Below are positions 1 to 9,607 of a stretch of 64,000 nucleotides of DNA, one piece after another. The notes below the pieces were generated by a model, which made no database searches, was not told where the DNA came from, and was given only the letters and a program-made list of their open reading frames with translations. The stretch's first letter is position 1; each line of letters starts with the position of its first letter. Origin of the DNA: a virus. Lineage: Duplodnaviria > Caudoviricetes. The position numbers and the translations under genes were made by a program. The stretch covers positions 1 to 64,000 of IMG/VR virus record IMGVR_UViG_3300017585_000161; one strand, given 5' to 3'.

Positions 1-35
1 TCTGACAGGGCACAGTGTTCTTTAAGAAAGCCCAT
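1..35 (-). CDS. 5' end of a gene running off the window; possibly a GNAT acetyltransferase toxin
   Basis: ATG at 35 gives MGFLKEHCALS and overlaps the stop of the upstream small gene. This resembles my recollection of Bacteroidales GNAT genes that follow MAIYIKP-type peptides. Only 11 codons are visible. Confidence 0.3.
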   Translation of the reverse strand, partial: MGFLKEHCALS

Positions 36-201
36 GCTTTATCTTGAATTGTTTAGAACGTTCAAGAATCGTCTCCATGTCCCGCATTTGCTGCGAAAAG
101 TCCACAGAGCCTCTTTTCGCCTCGTTCTCGCGGGCGATTTTCTCGAATTTCTCTGCGACCTCGCCTGTCAGCGTCGGTATTGGTTTGATGTAGATGGCCA
201 T
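22..201 (-). CDS. 59-aa small protein, putative antitoxin-type partner
   Basis: MAIYIKPIPTLTGEVAEKFEK...; start moved to ATG 201 because a TATCTTTG -7 box lies at 227-234. Confidence 0.6.
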   Translation of the reverse strand: MAIYIKPIPTLTGEVAEKFEKIARENEAKRGSVDFSQQMRDMETILERSKQFKIKHGLS

Positions 202-226
202 AATCACTTGCGTTTTTATTCTGCCG

Positions 227-234
227 CAAAGATA
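227..234 (-). promoter_or_regulatory. Bacteroidota sigma-ABfr -7 element (TAnnTTTG)
   Basis: TATCTTTG on the minus strand, 26 nt before ATG 201. Confidence 0.65.
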
Positions 235-513
235 CAAACTTTTTCTTCAAAGTCCGCAAAACAACAACATTTCTTTTGATTTCAAGGATTTTTCAGTACC
301 TTTGCAATCGGAATTATCCAGTGCTCTTGACGGCCACGGCTTTCATACAGCACTATAAAAGGAACGGATAAGGGGTTGTCGCAAAAGACAACCCCTTATT
401 GTTGCAAGGAACTCCAGGCTTTAACATTTAACCTAACACTTGTCTGCCGCAAGCCTGTACCAATCTTGCCTAAAATAGTACGTGGATACTTTTACTATAA
501 CCTCCGTATGTTT

Positions 514-1647
514 TTACATAAATTTAAATTCTTTTTCCAACCATATCTTCATTATTGGATCTGAAATAAAAACTTTGTTTTTTTCCGTTTCAATGAGCTC
601 TTTCCTTATCAAAGCCTTTTTTATGGCACTGATATTTGCCGATGTTCCCAATTGATATTTTTGTAAAATCTCCTGTCGCGTAAATTCACTCTTTACCCCA
701 TCAGTTACAGCATGTAAAAAATTCATTTGGTAGGAGGTAAGGCTTTCTGTCTGCTTTTCAAACAATGGCGTATTTTGATCTAAAATATCTTGACAGGCAT
801 CTTGTATGTCAGAGTCCGTAACATTTTTATCTGCATGTACCCAAACCAACCATGCGAGTTGTTGGACGTAAGAAGAATGGTTACTTGCAATCCTACATAT
901 TTGTTCAGCCTTCTCCTGTGCTATAGATTTGCCTGTAATCGTGAACCTGCTGCAGATATAGTCTATCCAATCCCGTGTACTTATCTTTTGCAGATAAACC
1001 ACATCGCCAAATTTATAAAAAGGAAGACTCTTTCTTTCAAAAAGTTCATTCATTAAATGCTTTTTACTTCCGAATAAACAGTATGACACTTTATCCTGCA
1101 ACTGCCAAAAAGAACGTAATTTCTTTTGAAATGTTTTGGAATCCTTAAATTCAGATATTTGCTGAAACTCGTCTATACAGACCACAATGGAATACTTCTT
1201 TTCTTCAGCTATCCTCTCTGGAAGAAACAGTATGTCGTCAACGTCATTTCTCTTTGGGTTTAACTCAAAAGATACGGAAAAATCAGTCATAGGATCTGAC
1301 CCAAAAGTGATTTTGGGACTCAAACGAGAAAGAAAAGACTTGGCAGCCTCTATCCATTCCTCTAATTTTGAGGATGTCTGACGGAGAATGGCAGAGGCAA
1401 ACATGTTATAAAAGTCATTTTCACTTCTACAAGAGAATATATCAATATGTACAACCTTTAGTGTGCTGGATTGCACTAAATCAGACACTTTCTTTACCAA
1501 TGATGTTTTTCCCCAGCGACGCGGGGAAATTAAGATGGTATTTATGCCATATTTAAAATTGTATTCCAAACGCTTGGTCTCTTCTTTGCGATCTGTAAAA
1601 TTCTCCCCAGAGGTTGCGACACCAAATACAAAAGGCTTTTTCTCCAT
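514..1647 (-). CDS. AAA+ ATPase (archaeal-ATPase-like family)
   Basis: Walker A SPRRWGKTS, Walker B VCIDEFQ, N-terminal PFVFG motif; TATCTTTG promoter box at 1671-1678. Confidence 0.88.
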   Translation of the reverse strand: MEKKPFVFGVATSGENFTDRKEETKRLEYNFKYGINTILISPRRWGKTSLVKKVSDLVQSSTLKVVHIDIFSCRSENDFYNMFASAILRQTSSKLEEWIEAAKSFLSRLSPKITFGSDPMTDFSVSFELNPKRNDVDDILFLPERIAEEKKYSIVVCIDEFQQISEFKDSKTFQKKLRSFWQLQDKVSYCLFGSKKHLMNELFERKSLPFYKFGDVVYLQKISTRDWIDYICSRFTITGKSIAQEKAEQICRIASNHSSYVQQLAWLVWVHADKNVTDSDIQDACQDILDQNTPLFEKQTESLTSYQMNFLHAVTDGVKSEFTRQEILQKYQLGTSANISAIKKALIRKELIETEKNKVFISDPIMKIWLEKEFKFM

Positions 1648-1690
1648 GTCTTTTTTTTGTTTCTATGCCGCAAAGATAATTAAAATTTTC

Positions 1691-1743
1691 CTTACTAACA
1701 AACTTCTTACTAAGAACTTTCTTACTAAGAACTTTCTTACTAA
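1691..1743. repeat. 15-bp-period tandem repeat, four CTTACTAA cores
   Basis: CTTACTAA starts at 1691, 1706, 1721 and 1736, just upstream of the ATPase -7 box. Confidence 0.9.
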
Positions 1744-1849
1744 AATAATTCTTTACATTATAACTCCATTGCCTCCGCTTCCTTAATGCGTCTTTAGGAT
1801 GCCATCCCTTTGTTAATTTGCAGCCACATTAACCTACCTGTCATTTTTT

Positions 1850-1911
1850 TAAATAAATAAGCCCCCTATATGGGGGCGGGCCTCGGTGTTTCCCAACCGA
1901 GGGGGATAATC
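1850..1911 (-). ncRNA. candidate small RNA of about 60 nt (promoter, hairpin, terminator)
   Basis: TATCTTTG at 1918-1925; 7-bp hairpin 1881-1902; 6-bp GC hairpin 1861-1877 followed by a U-rich tract; no ORF. Confidence 0.4.
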
Positions 1912-2168
1912 ACTACGCAAAGATAAGTCTTTTTTCACAAAACGCCAAATCTTAATAAGTTTAAAAAAATAAAAAACAAAACGGCTCTATGCCAGATCTT
2001 CCCAACGGCCTTTCATTTTATTCACTTAATGCTCCAACGCTTATGCCTAAAGGCAATCCAACTTTCAAATAGTTTAATGGATCTTTCCAGTCAATGCGCG
2101 TCTTTCCCTTTTCTCTTAAATTATTGATGTATAATCTTTTGAGTGACTTCCTCTTTCTTTCAATGCCT

Positions 2169-2504
2169 TTAATCATAAATAATTATTTCAATAAACTCTC
2201 TGTCTTTAAATACATAGTTTGTACCATTTATAGGATTTGGATACAATGCTCCGCACTCTGTGGCATAAATAATTCCAGCATAATCTACTGGTATAGACTT
2301 ATCTATATAAAGAACAAGTTTGCCTTCATTATTCCAATATGGGCCAAAAAGAGAATAGCCATTAATCACAATCCAATTCATTCCAGGTAAAGGAATATCA
2401 GAAATTTCCCAGTCGTTATTTATATACTGCACAATCGCACTATTATCATTAAGACAATTCTGCAATCGCATATTAGCTCTTTCTAAAAAGGATGTTAATG
2501 CCAT
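2169..2504 (-). CDS. hypothetical protein
   Basis: Open frame from MALTSFLER; TATTTTTG box at about 2522-2529. Confidence 0.55.
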   Translation of the reverse strand: MALTSFLERANMRLQNCLNDNSAIVQYINNDWEISDIPLPGMNWIVINGYSLFGPYWNNEGKLVLYIDKSIPVDYAGIIYATECGALYPNPINGTNYVFKDREFIEIIIYD

Positions 2505-2747
2505 ATCTGCTGTATTTTTTGCAAAAATAAATATAATTGTAAATATAAACAATTTTATTTATCTTTATCACCCATATAGCTCATTCCTGTTATAACCCCA
2601 GAAGGAGTTAGAAATTTGTTTAAAAAGTTCTTCAAGTCTTTTGCCGAATACAACATTCCTAAATCTTGCAGTTGCTGGGGCGCATTGTCCGCAATGAAAC
2701 TGTCCGAATATGTGTTGTCTCGAAAAATATAGTCATGGCTTGCTCCT

Positions 2748-3263
2748 TCACACTGCTCTGGCCTTGCTGCTATGCACGAAGAAGCACACAGAAGTGTCCG
2801 CGCTTATGCCATCTTTTGCGGGATCGACCTGCACGCTGAACCTCAACCTGCTTCTTTGCGATATAGTGCCTTTAAAGAAGTACTCAGGATTCAGCATATA
2901 TTCTCCTCTGCACATTTTGATAAGAAACCCTTTCTTCCTTAATGCACTGAACGCCACGTCAATGCTGTTATCTGTAGCAGTGGGCATACATGTCTTTACA
3001 TAAGCCTTGAATCTTTCATTGTTGGTTATAGTGTTTCCTGCTGTAGTGGATACAGGGTTAAAGGATGAGAATTTCCAGCAGCATATCAGTACCTTTAGAT
3101 AAGAGCCCTTCAGCTTCATTATCTGAGGCATACAGCTGAAGAATACCATTATAAACTCATCTATACTGACTTTTTTAGTCATATTGAAATCCAGTAACTC
3201 CCCTGTGTGCTTATCCACTAACGAGTAGTCCTCTGACTTTGTTGTAACATAAGTCTGTGCCAT
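2748..3263 (-). CDS. repL: RepL-like winged-helix replication/regulatory protein
   Basis: VDKHTGEL N-terminus and C-terminal GEYMLNPEYFFKG signature typical of the RepL family; TATTTTTG box at 3279-3286. Confidence 0.7.
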   Translation of the reverse strand: MAQTYVTTKSEDYSLVDKHTGELLDFNMTKKVSIDEFIMVFFSCMPQIMKLKGSYLKVLICCWKFSSFNPVSTTAGNTITNNERFKAYVKTCMPTATDNSIDVAFSALRKKGFLIKMCRGEYMLNPEYFFKGTISQRSRLRFSVQVDPAKDGISADTSVCFFVHSSKARAV

Positions 3264-3387
3264 AGCATCTTTTTGTTGCAAAAATAATAAAAAACTTTAA
3301 GTCCTGCAAATTCCTTACCAAAAAGATAAGCTGCACTTAAATAAATCAAGTACACCTTAACTTTTTGATAAGTTTTTGACACACTTC

Positions 3388-3445
3388 CTTATCATATAGT
3401 AAGCCATCCTTATTATATGGTAAGGAACACTTACTATATGGCAAG
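3388..3445. repeat. three imperfect 16-bp palindromes at 21-bp spacing (iteron/operator-like)
   Basis: CTTATCATATAGTAAG at 3388, CTTATTATATGGTAAG at 3409, CTTACTATATGGCAAG at 3430. Confidence 0.85.
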
Positions 3446-3561
3446 GATGATTTCTTTTAAATCATTGATAATTAATATTTTAACTCACTTGCTTCTTCTT
3501 TCTTTCGTTCTGAACTCCACTGCTTTCATTTTTATATAAGCAACAAAAGTTATTAAAATCT

Positions 3562-4137
3562 TCAGAATGTTTTTTCTTCTTTGAGGCTTTCAAATAAGCT
3601 CTTGAAACCATGCAAAAGAAAATGCCTCACTATCGGGGAGTATATCTCCATTTGTTTTGCCGCAAACTTTATCTCGCCCTCCTCAGGCATTGCGGGGTGA
3701 GGCTCCACACACATAATGTTTAACACGTAATCATCCTTTTTGCTTACCTGAACAGCCGCTTTAATGGCCTCTAACGTGTGGTCTCTTATAAAAGCCTCTA
3801 TTTCCTTGTCACTCTTAAAATCGCAGAGATGCAGTCCGAAAGCTGTGAGGTCCGGCAATCCGTCCGAGTAAATAACTGTCTCTCTGATGATGGTAAGGGT
3901 CTCGCCGTTCAGCCTCCTTATGGTACAACGTTCTTCTGGGTTATGGATATATTCAACAGGGTTCAAACAAATTCTGCCAGTGGGCTTTATCGAATCATTG
4001 TCCTTCAAGGGGGCAGGGGCTCTTTTCTCGAAAGGGTATGGCGGGCTGTACGTATTGGGCAGGAATGAAAACCTGTTGTATAGAAACAAAAAGACAGAGA
4101 AAAGCACGAAGGGGACAAGCCAAGACATAAGCAGCAA
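3562..4137 (-). CDS. hypothetical protein with N-terminal membrane anchor
   Basis: 191-aa ORF with a hydrophobic N-terminus; starts 11 nt after the stop of the 1014-aa gene. Confidence 0.65.
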   Translation of the reverse strand: MLLMSWLVPFVLFSVFLFLYNRFSFLPNTYSPPYPFEKRAPAPLKDNDSIKPTGRICLNPVEYIHNPEERCTIRRLNGETLTIIRETVIYSDGLPDLTAFGLHLCDFKSDKEIEAFIRDHTLEAIKAAVQVSKKDDYVLNIMCVEPHPAMPEEGEIKFAAKQMEIYSPIVRHFLLHGFKSLFESLKEEKTF

Positions 4138-4147
4138 AATTTAATGT

Positions 4148-7100
4148 TTACAAGCCATTTGCTTCTTTCCAATTATACTCCGCCCAAGTTGCTGGATCAT
4201 AAAAAACATTGCCGTATGGCATACGCTCAATCAATTCTATTTCCTTATTCGCTTTCGATATATCATCAACGACCCTGCCGTTGGGATAGGTGTAAGTATA
4301 TCCTGACAACTCGTCCCAACTCATATTGAAGGGATTTAGATTGGCCATTCCGTAAAGCGTGTTAAGAGCATTGGCTTTTTCTTCTATAGGAGCGACACCT
4401 GCTTTCATTCCTGTCTGTTCCTCAAGCAGTCTGAAGTCAGCCAATGTTGGCAAGCCTCTTTGTGACTGAAGCCTTTGCTGCTCTGCGGCATAGTCCCGCC
4501 AGTGTGAAATACGCTTTGGAGACTTTCCAAAAGGAACATCCGCCTCCTGCTGGTACATCCTCCTCAACTTGGGACTGCTCAATGTGTTCATTCCCAAAGA
4601 CCTTGCCCTGTCCAGAGTATTCACATCACCAGAAACGACAGTTACTTTATTTACAGGTTCTGTAACCTTGGTTCCATTTGCGAACATATCAGACGGCTCT
4701 ATCGACTTCAAGGACGCTGGGAATGTCTGATTCAGAAAATCTTTTGTAGGGAAAATGTAAGCGTCAGCCCCGTCCCACCCTGACTTATGGGCGACGACGT
4801 TCCTGTCTAAAGTTATATTAGTGTGGGGATTTCCAAAATAGCCTTTTCCTCCTGTAAGGTCTGCTATCCCATTCTCAACATGGACATCTTCCCTAAGTTT
4901 TCGCATCGCGTCTCCAGGTATCCTCGCCTTGTCTGGCAGTCCAAACCTTCTTGCAGTTGTTCCCCATGCCTTATCCAGCCATGTGTCTCCCCAGTTACCA
5001 AACCTGCCGCCGAGAGTGGTGTATTTATCATAGAATGTTCCATTGTCATAAGCTGTTTGCAGAGCTTGCTTACCCAAGCTGTACACCTTATCCGCTCCTT
5101 TCGTCAGCTGATACCCCAACGGCATAAGCTCCAAAGCAGTCATCGCGTCTTCCGTGAGGCTCTTGCCGTATTCACCGTTCTTCAGCTTCTGCCCAGCGTC
5201 GGCGGCTCCCATAGCCGTAAGCCCCGCGTTAAAGTAAGGGTTGCCCAATAGTGATGTCACGCCCTGCCCTGCGGCAGTTCCCGCCGCCCAGTCCATAGCC
5301 GGGACCCACGCAGGAGCGGCGGCCACAGCGAAGGGGACAGCCCCTGCCGCATAGCCTAAGGTCGCCAGACCTGGATTGTCCCTCTCCCACGCGGCGTTGG
5401 CTTTTGCCCCCTCCAAGGCCTTGTCCGCCAAATGCTGGTTCTGCGCCCTGCCGAGACCCGCGTTGAGGGTGGCGTCGTTGCTTGCCATGACCTCGTTCTT
5501 GTAAGCCGTCCGCGCCCTGTCCAGAAGCGTGGGGGTTACAGTGACCTCGCCAATAGGGAACATCGTCCTGTCAACGTAATAGCGGGGGTCTTTCTCCGCC
5601 CCCATTCCCACGTTGGTCATGTCAACAAGCCACGTGCGGCTCTCCTCGTCCCCGCCATCATAGAACAGGTTTGGCATCTCCCTATGTGAGGGCTTTACGC
5701 GAGTTTCCCCTCCGTTGCCGAATGTCCTCGCCACGAAGGGCGCGTTATAGTCCGCCTTCGGCATGAAGGCTGGCGCGGCGTCCTCCTCAGGCGCACTGAG
5801 CATACTCTGCACGGCGAGCAGCCTCTCGTAGGGGGAAGGCTCTTGGACCGCAGGCTCTGCAGGAGTCTCCTGCGGCAATTCTGCACTGTTCTGTGATGGC
5901 GTTACCGTGGGGTATTCCCGCAGCCACTCGCCAGGCACAGGCTTCCCGAAAAGGGTTGCCCCGCTTGGGTAGGGAGTTCCTGTCAGCGGGGGGTTGTCAA
6001 TCTTGGCGCTGAGCCTCTCCATCTCGGTGTCCCACAGGGCGTCCTGAACGCCCTGCCTTTCCCTCTCCCTGCGCTTTGCCAATCCCTTGAGCCTGCTGTC
6101 TCCAGAAGCCCACATGGACTTCTGTATGTCCTCGACGGAGCCGCTGCCTGAGTAGTAACGCTCCAGGGCTGGCACCACCCGCTTCCTGAAGTTCCCCGAC
6201 CCCACGTTGTATGAGTACGAGTAAAGCCAGTCGGCGAGCTCCGGGTTGGACAGCACCTCGTCCCTTATGCCAACGGGCAGGGCGTCGGTGAAGTACTCGG
6301 CCTCCTTCTCGAAGCTGTTGTTCTTCCTTACTTTCTTTCCCGAAAGCGGGTCTGTGGTGCTTCTCGTCATGCTGTCTCCCTCCCATGAGGCTATCCTCTC
6401 CCTCATCCCCTTCGAGGGCATGAAGCCCCCTTTGGCGAACTCGTTGTAGGCATTCCTTATGTCGGCGAGGCTGGACACGCCGTTCCGCACAGCAGTTCCT
6501 ATGTACGCGCTCTTCTCGCGCATGGAAAGGCCGTCCCACAGGGGAAGGGACTCCAGCGGGCCTCCGCCGTCCAGCCTGTTCTGCCAGCTCCTCCCCCACT
6601 CATTGTATCTCTCCCGCTCCTTCGCGGCATTGTCTATCGCTATCTTCATTCCGTCTTTCACATAGTCTCCTTTTCGGGGAGTGGCTTCCCTTTGGGATTT
6701 CCAGAACCTGTCATGGTTCTCGTTTCTCTCTGACACACCTTCTTGTTTGTAGTGTTCCCGCAAGGCCTCCTCAAACTTCTCATCATCAGAGCCGTAGTAA
6801 GCCCTCCTTAAAGGAGTGTCCCTGCGCAAAAGGCTTTTGTCGTCACCACGATACACCGCGCCTGCGGCCATAGCCTCCTTTTCTGGGGACATGCCGTACT
6901 TAACCCAGAAAGGAGTCCACTTTTCTATGATTCCCAAAGAATACGCTATGTGACCGTTCCTCAAGTCCCTCTCCTCTTGCTCGGACAGCCACTTTCTTGC
7001 GCCATGCGCAACCCCTTTGGCGGCTTTGTTATGCTTCACGTCTATGCCCATGCCACGGTTGTTGCTGTCATAAGCACTTGACTTGGGAGCGTACCACCTT

Positions 7101-7192
7101 CTGCTGGCCGCGTCATATCCTGCGCTGTCGGGGTTCTCTATAGCCCTTATGTATCTCCCTAACAGGGTCTTGTCATAGTTCGGTGTTGGCAT
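4148..7192 (-). CDS. large virion-associated protein with two lysozyme-like (GH24-type) domains
   Basis: N-terminal IRAIENP...D.NNRGMG segment; second segment IASWEG...LYSYSYNVGSGNF...GLAKRRERE resembling phage lysozyme; repeated xxGG linker motifs. Confidence 0.65.
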   Translation of the reverse strand: MPTPNYDKTLLGRYIRAIENPDSAGYDAASRRWYAPKSSAYDSNNRGMGIDVKHNKAAKGVAHGARKWLSEQEERDLRNGHIAYSLGIIEKWTPFWVKYGMSPEKEAMAAGAVYRGDDKSLLRRDTPLRRAYYGSDDEKFEEALREHYKQEGVSERNENHDRFWKSQREATPRKGDYVKDGMKIAIDNAAKERERYNEWGRSWQNRLDGGGPLESLPLWDGLSMREKSAYIGTAVRNGVSSLADIRNAYNEFAKGGFMPSKGMRERIASWEGDSMTRSTTDPLSGKKVRKNNSFEKEAEYFTDALPVGIRDEVLSNPELADWLYSYSYNVGSGNFRKRVVPALERYYSGSGSVEDIQKSMWASGDSRLKGLAKRRERERQGVQDALWDTEMERLSAKIDNPPLTGTPYPSGATLFGKPVPGEWLREYPTVTPSQNSAELPQETPAEPAVQEPSPYERLLAVQSMLSAPEEDAAPAFMPKADYNAPFVARTFGNGGETRVKPSHREMPNLFYDGGDEESRTWLVDMTNVGMGAEKDPRYYVDRTMFPIGEVTVTPTLLDRARTAYKNEVMASNDATLNAGLGRAQNQHLADKALEGAKANAAWERDNPGLATLGYAAGAVPFAVAAAPAWVPAMDWAAGTAAGQGVTSLLGNPYFNAGLTAMGAADAGQKLKNGEYGKSLTEDAMTALELMPLGYQLTKGADKVYSLGKQALQTAYDNGTFYDKYTTLGGRFGNWGDTWLDKAWGTTARRFGLPDKARIPGDAMRKLREDVHVENGIADLTGGKGYFGNPHTNITLDRNVVAHKSGWDGADAYIFPTKDFLNQTFPASLKSIEPSDMFANGTKVTEPVNKVTVVSGDVNTLDRARSLGMNTLSSPKLRRMYQQEADVPFGKSPKRISHWRDYAAEQQRLQSQRGLPTLADFRLLEEQTGMKAGVAPIEEKANALNTLYGMANLNPFNMSWDELSGYTYTYPNGRVVDDISKANKEIELIERMPYGNVFYDPATWAEYNWKEANGL

Positions 7193-7193
7193 A

Positions 7194-7664
7194 TTATGGC
7201 TCTATTGTAAATATTATACGTTGATGATTTACTACGGTATCAAGAGTTCTGTCTGCATTCCTGACCAATTCGTACTCTGAAGAATTTGCAAGCCAGCTGT
7301 CTAATTCTTGTATCTGTTCATCCGTCAAGAAAAGTCTTTCCGCGTCCTCGCAAACTTCCTGCACGGTGCCTTTTCTTTCCGCATAAGGCTTCATGGGTAT
7401 GCTGTCTCCCAAGTCGTAACGGTACCCCCTGCGGTAAGTCTCTGAGTCCGCCTTTGCCATCTCTATGGTGTGCAGCCTGCACTCCTCCGCAAGCCTCTTC
7501 GGCATGACATATTTCTTCCTCTTGGGCCTCTCCCAAGAGATGGTGTCCATAACCTTGATTACGGTGTCTTTTTCGGACACTGCGGGAGCTGCGGGTCTCC
7601 GCCCCTCGCATCCCGCCATGATCAAGACAGCCAATGCGACCGCCGTAAAAACAATGCTCTTCAT
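7194..7664 (-). CDS. lipoprotein
   Basis: Signal peptide MKSIVFTAVALAVLIMAG/C with lipobox; TATCTTTG at 7692-7699. Confidence 0.75.
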   Translation of the reverse strand: MKSIVFTAVALAVLIMAGCEGRRPAAPAVSEKDTVIKVMDTISWERPKRKKYVMPKRLAEECRLHTIEMAKADSETYRRGYRYDLGDSIPMKPYAERKGTVQEVCEDAERLFLTDEQIQELDSWLANSSEYELVRNADRTLDTVVNHQRIIFTIEP

Positions 7665-7796
7665 AAACTTTATTTTTAAACTAAGCCGTTGCAAAGATAG
7701 TGATTTTATCCCCGCCTGCGCCAATCTTAACAGTTTAATTAGGTTAAATAACTTGTTTCTTTTCCCTTTTCGCTTGTGCGCGTCCTTGGCATGTGT

Positions 7797-7804
7797 TATC
7801 TTTG
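7797..7804 (+). promoter_or_regulatory. TAnnTTTG -7 element, divergent from the 7692-7699 box
   Basis: TATCTTTG 24 nt before ATG 7829. Confidence 0.65.
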
Positions 7805-7828
7805 CGCCAGAAACAATGACGTGAGGCT

Positions 7829-8407
7829 ATGGAAATTATATGCACTATTATAGGAACAGCAGCCACCATCCTGCCAGGAATATGGCTGATTATCAGAAAG
7901 CTGCAAAAATCAGCGGTTGACGACTATCGTCTTGGCAAAATGGAAAACGACGTGTCCCAGCTGGCACGTGACATGAAGGATGTAAAAACGGACTTGGTCG
8001 CGGTAAAGACAGTGCTTATACAGAAACACCCGAAGGTGACCGCTATGATGACGCAAAAGAAAAGTCCCAGAACGCTTAACGAGACAGGGAAATGGGTTGT
8101 GGAGCAAGTTAACGGCATTCAGTTCCTCACAGAGAACAAGGATTTCTTTTTCGAGAAAATAAAGGCAATGAAGCCAAAAACCGCGCTGGACGTGGAAAAT
8201 GCCGCAAGATTCGCGTGCTTGGGATATACCGACAACGACATGTTCAACGGCATCAAGCTGTATGTGTACAATGCGCCGTCCCTTAAAATAAGGAGCAAAG
8301 AGGGGAAAGAAATGTCTTACGACCTGTCCTTGCCTGACGTGTGCTACGCGCTTAGCATACCCCTGAGGGACATGTACTTGGACGCGCACAAAGAAATCCC
8401 CAGATAA
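7829..8407 (+). CDS. hypothetical protein, N-terminal TM helix plus coiled coil
   Basis: 192-aa ORF with its own promoter, opposite in strand to its neighbours. Confidence 0.75.
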   Translation: MEIICTIIGTAATILPGIWLIIRKLQKSAVDDYRLGKMENDVSQLARDMKDVKTDLVAVKTVLIQKHPKVTAMMTQKKSPRTLNETGKWVVEQVNGIQFLTENKDFFFEKIKAMKPKTALDVENAARFACLGYTDNDMFNGIKLYVYNAPSLKIRSKEGKEMSYDLSLPDVCYALSIPLRDMYLDAHKEIPR

Positions 8408-8552
8408 CGTATCTTCGCGCAATTAAAATTAAGAATATTGGAAAAACGCGGCGGGCTTCAAAAATATGACAGAATAACTTGTTCTCTCAAAAAATAATTA
8501 TTGCTTTTGCAAAGCCAAAGTGCCAATAAGGACTTGTCTCCTTATTTGCACT

Positions 8553-8594
8553 ATAAAAAGGGGAAAATGGGGCTGCACACGATGACACAGCCCC
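8553..8594 (-). terminator. probable intrinsic terminator of the minus-strand late operon
   Basis: GGGGCTG/CAGCCCC stem (8569-8594) followed by a U-rich tract on the minus strand. Confidence 0.45.
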
Positions 8595-8625
8595 TGCTTG
8601 TTTGCCAGTTTCTTTACTGCCTGCC

Positions 8626-9177
8626 TCACACCCCCCAGTCGGGGTTGTCCATTATGCTAAGCTCCTGCGTGCCGCGAGCCCTGCCCGTCTCCTCCGTCTC
8701 CTTCTGAACCGCCCTCTCCGCCTCCGAGAGGTCCTTCACCAGCTTGGGTATCATCGCCACCACGGTGGCGACAGTCTTCACGGCGCTCACCTTCTTGTCC
8801 TCGTCAAGCTCGTCGAAGTCTATGCCCTTGAGCACTCTCCTCACCTTGTCCACCACCATGTTGGTGTCCGCAAGGAGCACGCTCGACGGCGTGGTGTTCA
8901 GCTTCCTGTAGGCCGCCACCGCCTCCTTGAACTCCGCAGTGCAGCGGAAGTCCCTTATGCCCTCCTGCGAGAGGACCTCGGCGAGCCTGTCCCTCTCGTC
9001 AACGATGTACGAGTAGTTGCTGGCTGGCGAATACACGAAGTACAGCACGCTCATCTGCTCGTAGAACCTCTCCTTGCCCTTGCTCCTGTCCATGTTGAAC
9101 AGCCTCCTTATGGGCCTCACCAGAAGGGCCTCGTCAGCCACCTTGACCTGGCAGTTGTCCAGTGTTATCAGCTTCAT
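8626..9177 (-). CDS. conserved crAss-like phage protein
   Basis: 183 aa, GC-rich coding pattern; LYFVYSPASNYSYIVDE motif recalled from crAss-like late genes. Confidence 0.75.
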   Translation of the reverse strand: MKLITLDNCQVKVADEALLVRPIRRLFNMDRSKGKERFYEQMSVLYFVYSPASNYSYIVDERDRLAEVLSQEGIRDFRCTAEFKEAVAAYRKLNTTPSSVLLADTNMVVDKVRRVLKGIDFDELDEDKKVSAVKTVATVVAMIPKLVKDLSEAERAVQKETEETGRARGTQELSIMDNPDWGV

Positions 9178-9196
9178 GCGATTTCAGACCGCCTCC

Positions 9197-9607
9197 TTAC
9201 AGCATCAGTCCCTTTTCCGGAACCTCCACAAGGGGCTCGTCCCTCTCCTCGCCCTCGAAGGCGTACAGGACGTCCCTGTCGTTGAGCAGCAGGCACTCTT
9301 GCTGAGCGCCGTCCCTGTCCAGGGTTATCCACCTGAAGTCGAACCGCACGGTCTTGTTGTTGTCAAGGTCGTTCTGTATGGAGTTCTTGTCGTACCTCCT
9401 CACGGCGTAGTTGTCAACGTTTATCATCACCTTGTCCCCGACGCTGATGCCCCTGACGCTGCCGCCCACGGCGAGCACCGTCTGCCACAGCTTCAGGTCT
9501 CCCTTGTTGGCCACTATAAGGCCTCCTGAGCGCATGTCCTTCTCATACCTGTCGCCCGTCACCACTATGTTGGTGAACATGGGCCTCACTTCTGTTATTC
9601 GCAGCAT
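9197..9607 (-). CDS. GroES-like co-chaperonin
   Basis: VRPMFTNIVV...SGGLIV...VLAVGGSVRGISVGDKVMI matches the Cpn10 pattern. Confidence 0.75.
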   Translation of the reverse strand: MLRITEVRPMFTNIVVTGDRYEKDMRSGGLIVANKGDLKLWQTVLAVGGSVRGISVGDKVMINVDNYAVRRYDKNSIQNDLDNNKTVRFDFRWITLDRDGAQQECLLLNDRDVLYAFEGEERDEPLVEVPEKGLML

